Shown here in pieces: positions 27,598 through 41,010 of a stretch of DNA of 64,000 bases. Source of the DNA: Vicugna vicugna (lineage: Eukaryota). Every line of letters begins with the position of its first letter. Within the stretch, counting starts at the first letter, position 1. A program made the position numbers and the translations under genes. Where the stretch lies: assembly GCA_013265495.1 (NCBI GenBank), contig MU058687.1, positions 4,462,093 through 4,526,092 of the forward strand, written 5' to 3'. The notes under the pieces were generated by a model, which was given only the letters and a program-made list of their open reading frames with translations, was not told the DNA's origin and made no database searches.

Positions 27598-27815
27598 AAT
27601 ACTAATAATAGCCACCCATTTTTGAGCACTTTCTAAGTACCGAAATAAAATCTTTGCATGCCAGTTTATATATAGTAAGTCTATTTGGTAGATTCTGTTA
27701 TTGCACCCAGGATGCACTCATGGAAACTAAAGGTTAAAGAGGGTAAGGAATAAATTCAAGGTCACCTACATCATAACTGGTAGAATTAGGATTTGAAGAC
27801 ACACTGCCCAGCAAC
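27598..27815 (-). mobile_element. MIR SINE
   Basis: taataatagcca...ttttgagcactttctaagtacc...ggaaactaaaggttaaagagggtaag...caaggtcac...ggatttgaa. Confidence 0.7.
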
Positions 27816-28904
27816 CAAACTGATGCTTCTCCAGTAGCACAAAATTCTGTTGCTGTGGGACATGGTTCTTGGAACCTGGTCTTGATGAATAACCAGACCC
27901 ATTCTCCTCAGACTCTGAGACCTGGGTGGAGAAGGAGAGGCCATACAGCTCCACCCTGGTACCTCCAGGGGGTTGTGGAGGTGGTTCCCCATTAGTGAGA
28001 GAAGCAGTGCAGCCGGCTAATGGAGGGAGACGCAGAGGAGAGCTCTTCTTTGCGGGAATTTATTACAGAGACATCTGCAGTTCTCTGTCTCCTGCACACC
28101 CTTTCTCTTTCGTAGCTTCCATTTCTAGGCGGTAATGGATGCAAAATTACTGCAGCATTTTGTTCTGCCAGCCTGACCCCATTACATGTACCATAGTTGT
28201 AAAGCTCTGGCTTAGTTACTGTTTGCATGTTTAAGATTCCTATGAGCAGGGACGTATCGGGCTTGGACACAGTTCCAGAAGGGCAGCCTCATTTCACAAA
28301 CCAGGAAACCTGCCTCATTCTGGAGTGGTATTGTTTTAATCACTGATGCAGATGGAATAACCCCTACTGCTGTCTCCCTAATAGATGTTTCTCTGGTGTG
28401 TAAAGGGTTATTAAATGAATGTCAGGTCAGAGATAGCAGGGAATCATAATTTCAAATGCAATAATTATGAAAGTTTGGGGAGATTTCATTTTCATTCCAA
28501 CATCCCTTTGTCTTCACATTTTGTTAGGGAACAGCAAAAGATACACCAGGATGTTTGGGGTATTTGTGATTCCTAGTCTTGATCAAGCTTAGTCTCCCTT
28601 CCTCTTTTCTTCTCCTTGCCTTTCCAAAGATTTCTGCAACCCCCATCCCACAACACCTGGTGATAATCCTTACTGGAAAAATGAACAAATTGATTGTGGT
28701 CATAATTCATATACCTTTATCCACTGGAGATTCTGATGTTCATCCGTTTAGTCAAAATATATTGTGTTTATTCTAGGCAACTTTCTAAGCACTATAGATA
28801 TATTAGGGAACAAGACATCATGGTAGGCCCTGTTCTAGAGTTTACATTCTAGAAACATTTATCAGAAAGTAGCCACATGTGTTTCAAAACAGTTGTCTCT
28901 ATTT

Positions 28905-29375
28905 GTTTAAAAATGTGTTGAGTACATTTTATGTGTAACATTGTGTAAGTTTAAGATGTATAGTGTGTTACTTTGACACATTTATATATGGAAGTATGAT
29001 TGCTGATGTAGCAATATTTATCACTTTACATAATTAATAGTACAATATTATTATTTATGTTCATTATGCTGTGCATTAGATCTTCATGGCTTATTTATTA
29101 CTTGTTACAAACTTGTACCCTTAAACACCATCACTCTTGTTTCTCCCTCGACCATCTCTTGGTAACTACCATTTTACTCTCTTTTTTTCCTGACTTTTAA
29201 AAATTCTGCATATAAGTGATAGAGAGTCTTTACCTTTCTCTGTCTGATTTATCTTGCTTAGAATAATGTGCTCAAGGCTCACCCATGTTGTCCCAAATGC
29301 TGGAATGTCTTCCTTTCTCATGGCTGAATAATGTTCCATTGTGTATATATGTACCACATCTTTTTTTGTTCATTG
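28905..29375 (-). mobile_element. L1 3' end (L1MA-type) including degenerate ORF2 C-terminus
   Basis: ORF 29166-29357 (-) VHIYTMEHYSAMRKEDIPAFGTTWVSLEHIILSKINQTEK resembles the L1 ORF2 C-terminus (WYIYTMEYYSAIKKNEI..FATTWM.LE.IMLSEISQ), followed by 3'UTR-like sequence. Confidence 0.9.
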
Positions 29376-30559
29376 ATGTTGCCCTTTCTTATATATGGTA
29401 TATTATGTTAATTGTACTATATGAAATATAATATATCATATATTATATATAATATCTCATAAATCGTTTCTCATCTGTTCTCTACTTTACCCTACATCTC
29501 TCTCCACTATTTCACACATTTCATAAACTACTTTGATACATACATATTTTGTTGTTATTGCCTGTGATAGTCTACATGGAGGGAAGGGACTAGATGGAAA
29601 TAAGTTAATCATGGAAGGGTACAGACTATCTTTCCTTTCAATGTAAGTGCCAAAATAGGAATGATATTGGTCATCAGAATGTATTTCTGTTTCACTACTA
29701 AGTTGGTAAAAAAAAAAAAAGAACTATGGACATGTGAGCATGGTCTGGGTCCCAGATAACTTAAAAAATAATCATTAACTGTTCCTAAAGGATTTTATTA
29801 TATTTCCTGAAATCCTGGACTGTCTATTTTGAAGTGTGCTTCCCCCTCCAAAAATAATGTGCAGCAGTAAATTTGTAAGACCATTTTTAAAACTACACAG
29901 ACAGTTGTGAAGGGCAGAGGTAGCTGATGGGTGGGAGAGGGGAAGGGATAGTGACAAAAAAAAAAAAGATGTTTCAAGTCTTGGGCAGCATTTCTGTCTC
30001 TTCCAGCATTTGTCAGATTTCAGCTATTAGTCTGTCAACATCAGACAGACTGAAGGAGACGCTTCCTCTCAAGGTGAGCCCTTGAGAAAGGGAAATAAGA
30101 AAAAAGCCATTGTTGGCATTGACAGAGAAATGATCCCGCTGGGGCCTGGGCTATGGCTGGAGAGGAAATGGTATTAATACCCGGCTGTGTGCTTAGAGGG
30201 CCAGAGATTTCACGTAGTGGAGCAGGGATGTGGAGGGAGTGACAGCAGAGAATAAAGGAGGCCCTCTGAATTTGCTTGAGTAAAGACGCGAAACCAACTC
30301 AAAGACGTAGGACACACGTTTTAGGGAAAGAGGATGGGTCTGGCTTGCGCTGAGGCTCTGGCAGCTCAGCCAAGAAATGGTGAATCCCATCTCACGGGGG
30401 AGAACAAATCATTCTCATGGTGGAAAAAAAAAAAAAGCAATGACCCTTTTCTTAACAAAGCCATGCCCTTCTCTGTGAACTCAGTGTCTTTTCTCAGAGG
30501 ACATAGGTAATTTCATAGCCTTATTTTGCTCATGAAAATTCCAGCAAAAAACAAAATTC

Positions 30560-30942
30560 ATCAAATATTTCTGGCTTTCCATGTTCTGGGCACATAGTAA
30601 GCTTACACACCCTGAAACTTCCTGTATTGAATAGTGTCATGTGATCATGTGAGGCCAATAAGCTGTGAAGGGGAATGACATGTGTCCTTTCCAGGTCAGG
30701 CATTAAGTGTTGTATGAGGTCCTCTCTAGCCCTCTCTTTCGCCTTTGCCAAGGCTACCAGCAGTCTTTAGATGGTCATTCCATTAGCCTGCCCCGGGAGC
30801 GAGCACCAGGATGATATGCAGCAAAGCCTCCAGTCCACCCACAGCAGGCAGAAATAGACCTTTGTTTTACCTTTGTTTTGAACCGTTGAGATTTTGGGCT
30901 TGTTTGTTATGGCAGCATAGCCTAGCCTGTTATAATGGACAC
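30560..30942 (+). mobile_element. MaLR solo LTR (MLT1H/I/J-like)
   Basis: catgtga...ggccaataagctgtgaagggga...tgtgtcctttccagg...agaaatagacctttgtt...ccgttgagattttgggcttgtttgttatggcagcatagcctagcct...aca. Confidence 0.8.
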
Positions 30943-32239
30943 ATTTGGTTACATGTAAGTATCAGATGTTTTATTTTTCTTAATGAATAGAGGTAAGGAG
31001 TTTGTATAATGTTATAAATCTCTTCTCACAACCCACATTACCACCCCATTATACCCACAGCCCTATGCAGGGGGTACAGTTTCCTCAAAGGCATTTTATT
31101 TCAGTCCTGGAAGACTTGAGTGCACTTTAAAAAATGCAGTCCTTAGGAATGTGACAGAATGGAAATCCTACATTAGTAGATGCCTTAGTATCTGATGGGC
31201 TTTGTGCATGGAGAGGAGCAATCATTACTTTCTGTATTTTGTTTAAGGCTCTGTTTAATTAAATCATGTATCTAAAAACCTAAACTTTTAAAAACTAAAC
31301 TTTCTTTATGATTAATTCCTTTTCTAATTTTAAATATTAATTCCATATTTTGTATGGCTGGTTTTTCAGAACATTTCAAATACCTTAAAATACACACCTT
31401 TTACACTTAAACCTCTACTCAGGCTTAAATCTATAGCAAACTATGCATTTGATTCATTGTATCATTATTTCTGGACTCATTTTTTGTTTTCTAGGATTAT
31501 ATATTAATACCCAGCTAATATATTAAGTAGTAGTTGCTTCTCAAAGTGTATCAAATGCTAGCCGTTGGTCAGCAGGCTGAGATTATTTTTTTAACCATTA
31601 AATTCATCTATTGTTTCAGTATACAACTGCCTTCAGAAAAGTCTAAATTTTTTTTCTTTCATCTTGCTGTCTCTCCCCCAAGTAATATATATTTAAAAGT
31701 TGCACTTGGCTACATTATATGAACATGCTCATTATTAGATATTGTCCTTTGTTTAACATTATTTAAAAACATATACATTTATAAACAACTTTTTCCAAAG
31801 TCAAGGATGATCTGGCAGTTTCATCTCCCAAGAGGTACTCAGATGAATGAATCTGAGTAGTTATTTCTCCTTAGCTCATTAGATTAATGTGTCATTCTAG
31901 AATGCTCTGGCAAGTCCTTTTCTACTAGCTTACTAAGCATGAAGTCCAGAGCTGACCAGCCTCATCTGCTAGTGGTAAGCCTCCTTCTTTGTTTTTCAGG
32001 ACTGTTTGATATATTCCCTGATATATTTCCCATTACTTTTAATCACCATTCTCTACTCATTCAGTAGTAACATGCCTACTGATACTTTACAGACAGGCAC
32101 CTAAGTAAAAGCTACAATAAAACATTGATGCATATATAGTTTAGCATGCCTTTTCCTATTGAAATCAGTAACAGTTAAATATATTTTATTATGTTCATAC
32201 TTCTTTCCTATTACAGTTAACTGTAATATGAATTATAAT

Positions 32240-32640
32240 AACATTTTTTGAGTATCACTATGAACTTTCATAGGCTTAGCTTGTTTCAGTCAACAATAAA
32301 CATACTGAGCAATTTTGTTGTTATTCATCTCATTTAGTGTTCAGTGTATCCCCAACTGGCTAGTAGGATCTTCTTTAAGTGGACCCTTTGTCCTTTCAGC
32401 ACTTCCTTTGGTATTTTTGTGTATGTGCTTCTGTTTTGGCAACAATAGTAGTTCTAGGCCCATGGAGATTATTTCCTGCCGCAAGATGTGAAAGAGCAGA
32501 ACTGCAGAGAAATTGCACATGTGAGTGTTGATCTATGGCCTGAGTGTCCCTGTTCTGAGCACCTTAAGTAATAACAAAGCTGAAAAATATATTTCTTCAT
32601 AAGGTTGTAGTTCACACCGATTTTTTCCATAATAAGGGCA
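32240..32640 (-). mobile_element. Old L1 (L1MC4/5-like) 3' fragment; degenerate AT-rich L1-like DNA probably extends upstream
   Basis: tcagtgtatccccaactggctagtaggatcttctttaagtgga...tcctttcagca...ttttggcaacaa...ttctaggccca...atttcctgcc. Confidence 0.5.
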
Positions 32641-34031
32641 TAACTTCTGGTAATTTCTCTCCAACTGGTTTCTGATACCTGCGTACAGTTTTCATCCAGA
32701 TGATCAGTACACTGTAAATATCAGGGAATGCTCATAAGAGGGGCTGATAGGAAAATCAAACTCCAGAAAAGCAAGCCGAGTGTGAGACTGTATTCCTACG
32801 TAAACATACATGCCCCTGAAGAAAAGCCTGAAAGGGTCTACTCTAAAATTGATTTATCCTCCTCACTATTCTTTTAAATTTTTTATATTATCCGATTTTT
32901 CTTTTTTGAGCATATTTTATTTTTGCAATGAGAATGCAAAAGTATTATTTTTTTGAGTAATGAAAGGAAAAATTCCAGCAGGAAATAGCTCTATGTATTT
33001 TTCATCAGACACACTGAATCTTGTATATACAGCATATTCATAAAATCTCAAAAATTGGGTACTCTTTATAACTAGGTGATATTTTGCTTTTTGTGTCCAT
33101 ACTTTCCCTTTAGAATGAGGAGGATTGTAGATAATCTTATTGTATCATATTTCTACTTCACTGCATTGCTCTCTGGGGGGAAAATTAACAGCAAAAGACT
33201 TGTCACTTGAGTTCTATTCATGACCTCTCTTCTGTGAGCATTATGGGTGGAATGCAGCAAAGAGGAGATGCAATTCCTGGGGAATATGGGCTCATAGATC
33301 TTTCAGAATAATGTTAGAAGAAAAGCTTTCTCATGATTGCTGTAGCGAGTGATGCTTTTAACTGCTTCAGAGTCATTGTTGTAAGAGCATTGAATCCAGA
33401 AGTGAGGAACAGGTCTATATTCCAAGTGGCTTTTCAAGACATCCGAGCGTCTGCTCTCAGGCCTCCATCAGCCATGTGGATGTGTGTATCATAGAAGCGT
33501 GGGGTCGTGAACCCATTGGTGTGACATAAATCAAGAAAGAAACATGCCTCTTTGCTGGTGTAAAGGACAGAGCTGTGACGGCTCACTTACAAGTGAAGAA
33601 TCACATTTGAATTATAAGAGCTTTCTGGCTCCATAAGGACCTTGAAACTTCACTTGAATGGTGACACTTCCAACATTTTCACGTGGTCAGCTGTTTCCTC
33701 TATAATTCCATTTACGTCTAAACTTCACCTTCAGCAGCATTTTCCGTTTCTGTTTCTTTCTTGGCCAATTCTGTCTTTTGATTATCCAATTCTATAAAAT
33801 GTCACATGGATGTATCACTGGGAGACAAAGAGGCAGCACCCTGTGTGTTTTGCTGTCTCCGCATGAGCTGAATAACAGATGCTCACTGACCATTCACTGT
33901 CAGACTTGGATAGAACGGACGTGATTGGTCATGGGTCGTGGTGCACATCAGTAATGTATGTAGTGATTGTGGACTGAAAAGCTAGCAGCGAAGTTTACAC
34001 TTCATGCAAATACAGTTAGTACAGCACAGTA

Positions 34032-34336
34032 CAGGCACACCTCGTTTTGTTGCACTTGACTCTGCGGTGCTTGGCAGATCCTGTGCTTTTTACAAATTGA
34101 AAGTTTGGGGCAATCCTGCATTGTCAGGTGATGTTTAGCATTTTTTAGCAATAAATTATTTTTTGATCTAAATATGTACAGTTTCTTTAGGTGAAATGCT
34201 ATTGCACACTTAATAGACTATACATAACTTTTACATGCACTGGGAAACCAAAAAAACACACATGACCTATTTTATTGTAATAAAGCTTCATTGTGGCAGT
34301 CTGGAACTGGACCCGCAATGTCTCCAAACTTTTCTG
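34032..34336 (+). mobile_element. Tigger1 internal-deletion derivative (TcMar-Tigger, non-autonomous)
   Basis: ta|caggcacacctcgttttgttgc...tacaaattgaaagtttggggcaatcctgc (Tigger1 5' end) joined to tagcattttttagcaataaa...atgcactgggaaaccaaaaaa...tctggaactggacccgcaatgtctcc (3' end). Confidence 0.9.
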
Positions 34337-35924
34337 CAACTGAAAATTAAACTCCTTGGTTGGATACTGAACTTATTAACTAAGTCATGGTAGCTGAAAC
34401 CTGTACACATCTGTACATATCACAGCCATGCAAAGTAAGGACTGCCTGTGTGTATGCGTGTATTAAGTATTTTTCGCTTTGTATCTTCAGCCCGCCATGC
34501 CACACACTTAGTGCTGTGTAATTTCTAGGTTAGTGTGTTCTAAGACAAGTACTATTCATTTTCATCTGTGTTGGCCAGTTTATTCCAAAGTAGCTTTTTG
34601 TCCTGCAGTATATTCTGGGTTCTGGTGAAGTTTTGACCCATAATAGCTGACAAATAAGTGCAGGTGGTCATGCACAGAAGCAAAAAGGAAATTTCACTCT
34701 GGTTGTTAACCTGAAGATTTCCCAAGGGTTTGGGGTGCTAGCAGATGAAACAGAATAATGAGTAGCAGATGGGATTGATGGGAGCTCTCTGACATTTTGA
34801 GGATAATCCTTACACATCGCTGCAGCCTGAGGGAAGCTTGGCCGAAAGAAACTGGCCAGAGGCGTGTTCTGACTTTGGATGACTTGGAGAGAAAGGCAGT
34901 CCTGTTAATAATGTACAAATATTGGGAGACTTTCTCCCCACTGGAACTCTGCTATAATGGTCCCATATAATGCTGATTCAGTTAGCATTCCCGTTTCCAG
35001 ATACTAAATGGGATAGGTAAGTAAAAGAATTGAGAACAGCCTTTTGAAGACAGACTTTAATATTCTTTGCAAATTCAACAAGGATAAATATACTTGTTAA
35101 AATAGTTAGACCCAGTGTTAGTATAAATATGTAGAGTGGAAATAGCATTTTACTTGGAGTACGTAGTATTTAAGTTTACCTCATGGTCATGCTAGTTATT
35201 AACTACATTTGGTCATTCATTTACCCATTAATTTATTTTCTTAAAAGTTTTTTTTACCATGTGAATATTGTGTGTCAGGTACCACACGAGGCTTTATGCC
35301 ATCAGGGTCAAATCACTTTACTTCTTTACGTTTCTCACCTGTGGGAGTCTTAGACTTCTGAAATCTATTTAAACACACACACACACATATGCACACTTGG
35401 TTCAAAAGACAGCTAGCTCTGTGGTATGAAAACACCTATTTTTCTCCTGTTTTTCATTGAAAGCCAGGAGTGAGTATAGGATAATTTCATGGAAGTAATG
35501 AAAATATAATTTTCAGTTCACAACGAAGGAGAGAGAAAAGTGTTTTTCAATTTATCTTCAGCTCATGTCATCACCCCCCCCCAAAGTACAGAAATAATGA
35601 ATACAATAATTCACCTTTATTTAGGATGGTTATTCAAGAGTAGCGCCATCATGGGAAATAGCCTCTGGTCTACCCCTCTCCCTTCAGATGGGGCTGTACC
35701 TAAATGATTTTGTATGGCCGTGTGGATGTGCGTGTACGTGCCCAGGAAGGAAGAACCCACATCTTTGTCCATTAGTCATCTCAGTGTTTACTGTCAAGGT
35801 GGGCTCTCCAATTTTCCATTGTTTCCCCTAAATTGAATCTCTCATGTAGAGTTTAGGGCTGGTCTGTCTGCGAGGAAATAGCTGTATAATAAAAGAGTCA
35901 TGTAATAGTGCTATAATTCACCCA

Positions 35925-36320
35925 GTTATTCATTCCTTCCCTCAATAATAGGACCTAAAATGCATCAGTATATGTGGTTTTCAATTAAATTCAGAGGACA
36001 GTGAGTGACTACTGCAGGCAAGCTGCTAGACCGAGACCGTCGAGATGGATAAGAGACTGTCCCCTCTCAAGGAGCTTGAAATCTAGAGAGAGACGGATGT
36101 ATAAATACAAAATTGAAAATGTTTGGTGTGATTTCTAACAGAATGTCCTTGGGGCTATAGAAGTGGACAGAAATAGTAGGTTCTGTCTTGGAGGCTGGAG
36201 TATAAGTCAGGGAAGGTGTTTTCAGTGAAGAGTATGCTTAAAGAGAGTGTATAAAGAATGAATAAACAGAACAGTTCAGGTAAGCAAAATTGTGGATGGA
36301 GAAGAGGGCATTCCAGCCGG
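35925..36320 (-). mobile_element. L2 LINE 3' region
   Basis: ttattcattcc...gtcccctctcaaggagcttgaaatctag...agtcagggaagg...gaagagggcattccag. Confidence 0.7.
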
Positions 36321-37346
36321 CAAATTCTTCTTCTTTTTTTTTCTTGTTTGAAAGATTTGCTTTTCTCATCCTTAACACCCTCTGCTCATTCCTCTCTTGG
36401 TTTTTAACCATTTCTAAATTGTGTCTTAAGAATCTAATCAGTCTAGTGGGACGGCACTATATCCCACCCTCCCTACCCCATGTCACACCACTGTATGAGC
36501 AACATATGTTTTCTCCTGAAAAAGATAGCATCTGGCTCCCATTAGAAGTCCTGCCTGCAGACTCTGATGTAGGTCTGGGGGCTTTGTCATGTTACTTGAA
36601 ACCAGTATTGATTGCTTCAGCTCTAAACACAAGGCCCAAAGGGTCATGCTGGTGAGGAACCAAGGAGGGAAAAAAACAGCTAAATGAAATGAAGAGATAC
36701 ATGTAGAATCAAAAAAGCCAGGAGTCTTCAGTGCCTGCTGTCAGGCATCATCAAATCAAGAAGCTCTCTGCTGGTGAGGTCAGGGAGAGAAGCAAGGGAG
36801 GATGGGCATGCTCAGAGACCATGTGCCACCCTGCATGAGAGCAAGTTGTGGTGCTTAGCATAAATCATGCTGTTTGCTCACAGTCTTCATTATTTATCTT
36901 TAATCTCTGGCAGATGGGAACTGGCTGGGAGCACGCAAGGGTACAGAATACCCTCATGTGTGCTTGCTTGCCAGAGAGATGTACTAGAATTAACCTTTGC
37001 CCTTCCAGTGGGATACCATTAGAGTGACCATTTGTTCTGTCTGAAGGGAAAGTTCCAAGTTTCCCTCTCTTGCTGAAGATTGTCTGCTGCAAAGACATGG
37101 GCACTTTTATGCACTGCGTGATTTATACTTTGTCATTCAGAATTTTTCTCATTGTCAAATAAATGATTTCATAAGCTTGTGCAACCACATTCATTAAAAA
37201 CATGTTTTGGACTTCTGTTTTCACTATTAACGTAACTCTTCTTTAAATTATCTTACTCACTGCTTGTGCGCTGATTGGATGTCATAGTGTTCAAAATGCT
37301 TGTTAAAATAAAATGTTCACTAAAAATAAAAGGGGAGTGCAGCCTA

Positions 37347-37868
37347 TATCTGCCCTATCCCACGTAGAAGCCACTAGCCACGTTCCAGCTGTGGCTATTG
37401 AGCACTCGAAATGTGGTCAGTGCAGTGAGGAACTGGATTTCCAATTCAATTTAATTTTAATTAATTTCAATTTAGCTATAAAAATTGATGTTCAGTCATT
37501 GGAAAACACTTAAGTATATGTAAGAGCAACTAGGATATGTAAATCTAATGTTCCAATTCTAAATTGTATAAAATTTCTATGCAGATCACATATTTCTAAT
37601 AAAAATTTAGTTTCTGAATTGAGATACGCTGTAAGTATAAAACACACATTAGATTTTGAAGACTTAATATAAAAAGTAGAATATAAAATATCTCATTAAA
37701 TAGTTTTAAATTTTGATGTTTTGAAGTAATATTTTATATATATTGAGTTAAATAAAATATATTATTAAATCACTTCTTTCTAATTTTTCTTACTATTTTC
37801 TTAAAGTGGCTACTAGAAAATTTAAATTACATATTTGCTTTGCATTATATTCCCATCAGATAGCACTG
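37347..37868. mobile_element. Charlie1b-like hAT element (MER33/MER3-related ends), ~520 bp
   Basis: gccactagccac...gtggctattgagcactcgaaatgtgg...gaggaactgga...; aattgagatacgctgtaagtataaaacacac...gtggctactagaaaatttaaattacata...cattatatt...gcactg. Confidence 0.88.
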
Positions 37869-37982
37869 GCCCAGACAGTTCAGGCCAGATAATTTAAATT
37901 GACATTGGTTTTGTTTGGTCTCCATCATGTTAATAATAATCAAATCAAAACAAAACAAAACAAGAAACCATCAGTTTCTAAT

Positions 37983-38417
37983 AGTCACAGGTGGCATTCT
38001 CCAGCGGCAAACTCTGAGATGGAGTTTAGTGTGATGCATGATTTGTAGGAGATTCTTGGGTGTTACCATCTGTGAAAGGGAGGGGACGGAAGTAGGGTTA
38101 TGCAGAGGGAAGAGCCAAGCTGTGACGGAGACCCAGCATAGCCTCATCCAGCCCCATAAGGAGCTCTGGAGCTGAAATGGCCTTTTCAATTGTCCTTTGT
38201 TGGGCCTAGGTGGCCAGGCGTTTATACCCTTGCATCAGTATGTCACTGATGTGAATCATCCTGGGAAGAGCATGATCTTAAAGTGCTTTTGGCATCTGAG
38301 GCTAAACCTGAAGGGGCTGGCAGTTGAAGGCTCTCTGGAAGCAGCACCCCCAGCAGTCTGAACATCACGTCTTTAGTTGCGGGGGGATCTGGGCAGCACA
38401 TCACAGTGTCCATCATA
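37983..38417 (-). mobile_element. ERVL solo LTR, LTR16A-like
   Basis: gtcacagg...actctgagatggagtttag...ggagctctggagctg...tttataccc...gggggatctgggcagcacatcacagtgtcc is antisense LTR16A over about its full length. Confidence 0.85.
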
Positions 38418-38841
38418 TTAACATTTTTCTCTAAAAATGTCACATTAAAAATCTTGATGATTGCCTTTTTTTCCCTCCAAATCGGATGCATTGGCTAACA
38501 CCAAGGCAGAGCTGGCGCCGAGTCTGTCTTCTCAGGCCGTGGTCTGGCTTGTGTGTTTCTCACTGATCCCCTCTCTCCCTCTTGACTCCTCTCTGGCTTA
38601 GCGCCTGTTTCACTACCTGCCTGACCCGTTCAGACGTTGTGTAGGTTTGTAAGCCCAGACCACACTGATTTAAGCCCAACTGTGATTGGAGATCACTTTT
38701 AATGGCCTCTGTGGGTTGCAGACAACATTGCCTAGACTTCACTCTTTTGCATGAAAGTTTACAAGAAAAGGAACTTTTGTATTTGCCTAACTCTCATTGC
38801 TTCTTGTTAGTTATCTCCTTGAAGCCAGGGATACATATATC

Positions 38842-38881
<40 letters not shown>

Positions 38882-38892
38882 TATATATATAT
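38842..38892 (+). repeat. Compound microsatellite (TCTG)n(TCTA)n(TA)n
   Basis: Directly visible. Confidence 0.92.
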
Positions 38893-39756
38893 AAATAAAA
38901 TTTCCTTAAAGCCTTGTCCAAAAATTGCTTTATATTAGAGGCTTACCATATAAGTCCTCTGCGGAAAGGATAAATCTGTGTGACAACTATATCTTTATCC
39001 TCAGTGAATGCTTGTGCATCATCATAACCATGACATCCACTCCACCCTGACCTTTCAGCAATAAAGAAATGAAAAATGGAAGCCTTCATCAACCTTTTGT
39101 TGGAAACTTGGGTATAAAATTCAGAGTGGTGTTGCATGTTTTTTGATGTTAAAAACATTTAATGAATTGAGTGTAAGTGTTGCCTGTGGTAGATTTGAAG
39201 AGAGTATCTGATGGAATAGAGGGGAGCGCATACTGTCAGCAAACAGTTAGCAAACAGAAAGGGTCAGCTGTGTATTTGCATGGGGAGAAATTAGGGAAAA
39301 TGTCAGAAGGATTAAGACTTTTTTTTTTAACTATAGTCTTCTTGCCTGTTTCCCTAATTCTTGACACTGTTGTGTAATTTTATGCAATATGATTCTCAAT
39401 TAGGAAACTTGAAAGAAGACAAAAAAATGAAAAGAGTGTGTCTTCTAAATATATCCTTCGTTCTTCAGGCAGCAATTTAATTTCTGTAAAAAGGAAGAAC
39501 AAAGCCTTACCAGTGTTCTGGAATGAGACTCGCCGGGTCCGTCCATGGGGCTCTTTTTAGAGATGGACCGGCAGGGCAGATGCGGGGTTGCATAATGCAG
39601 TCCTCCTCATTCCCACAGAGGAATCGCAGCTGCTCTGAGGCTTCAGAGAAGCAGCAGTAACTTGATTTCTGTGTTGCTTGTGTCCAGAAATTCCAGTCAC
39701 TTTATCATTTTCCCCTATTTTCAAATTATCTTTTTGAGGGAGATGAAAAGGAGTCA

Positions 39757-39890
39757 TGTCATCATCTCCATTTTGGAGATGATTAAACTGAGTTTCCGTG
39801 AGGTTTCTTGTCTTGCCTCAAGTTCTCCATTAGCAGAAATGAGAACGAGATCTTGCTTTTCCTCTTTCTCAGACTCATCCTCTATTCTGG
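39757..39890 (-). mobile_element. MIR SINE
   Basis: catctccattttggagatgattaaactgag...gaggtttcttgtcttgcctcaag. Confidence 0.65.
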
Positions 39891-40799
39891 CTTCTCTTTG
39901 ACTGCCAATAAAATAGCAAATAGTTTTGTATGTGAGAAATTCATTTATTTCACTGGCATTTACTGAATCCCTGACTTGCGCTACTGACCAAGGTTAGAAT
40001 TGGTTTGAAAAAGTTTCCTTCAGAATGCCTGGTGGATATTTTCTGCCGCTCAGGCTAAAATGCCACTGATAATTTTCACTTCATCTTGCACATGTGTATG
40101 TAATTGAGACACAATAGAAATGAATGTGGGAGGTACATGTTATAGAAAGAGACACATCTTGGGGAAAATGTTTCAGCTCTGGGGGAGTTTAGAACAGATT
40201 TGTCCCAGATCATGGTTATCCAGAGATTTATTTATTTATATGTGGCATGATGTATGTGTAGCCCTGTGAAGATCAAACCACCTGGGGAAAAGAGACATGA
40301 TTTTTAGTCTCGCTTCCAATACTTATGGGCTTCAGCAAAGTCACAAAACCCCTCCTTCCCATGATTTCTTCATATTTATATATATGTGAGAATATGAGAA
40401 TAATTATTACTTGGATAAATCCTATTGATTTCCCCCAGGGAGACTTGGAAGATAAAATAAAGGCATAGGTATTAAGGAAGGTGGCACATTATAAATGAAA
40501 AGCAGTATTATGATCTCTGTCCTCTAGGGACTTGCTAAAACAATTCCCTAAGGTAACTTTCAACTCTGGACATTCATTCATGTGAATGTCCAGATCTCTG
40601 AATTATTGGAGTAACATGGAGGACTAAGAAAGATTTTTTAGCAAGCCACAATATTCCCCCTCCTCCTATGAAAAAGAAACGCCTTTTTTTTTTAAATGCC
40701 AGAAAGACAATTGGCAATTCTGCATTTAAATTAAGTCATATAAGTGGTTGGTAAATTCAAGGAGCAAAGATCTAAATAAACATCATTTATCATTTATAT

Positions 40800-41010
40800 A
40801 TCATCACTAGCTGTCATTTGCAGAGTGACTTCAATGGTACAGGTGACCTACATAGATTATTTAATTTAATTTCTATGAGGTAGGATGAGGAAACAGGTTC
40901 AGAGAAGTCAGGCCAATTCCCCAAGATCACACAGCTCATTGTTGACTGAGCCTTGATACGAAGTCTGAGCTGTATTCAAAGTTAGAGCTAATTCCACTCT
41001 GCGACACTAT
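40800..41010 (-). mobile_element. MIR SINE
   Basis: ttctatgaggtaggatgaggaaacaggttcagagaagtcaggccaattccccaagatcacacagct. Confidence 0.75.

Noticed and set aside
29166..29357. 63-aa ORF with protein-like sequence
   Set aside because: It is a degenerate L1 ORF2 C-terminus in a 5'-truncated L1, not a host gene
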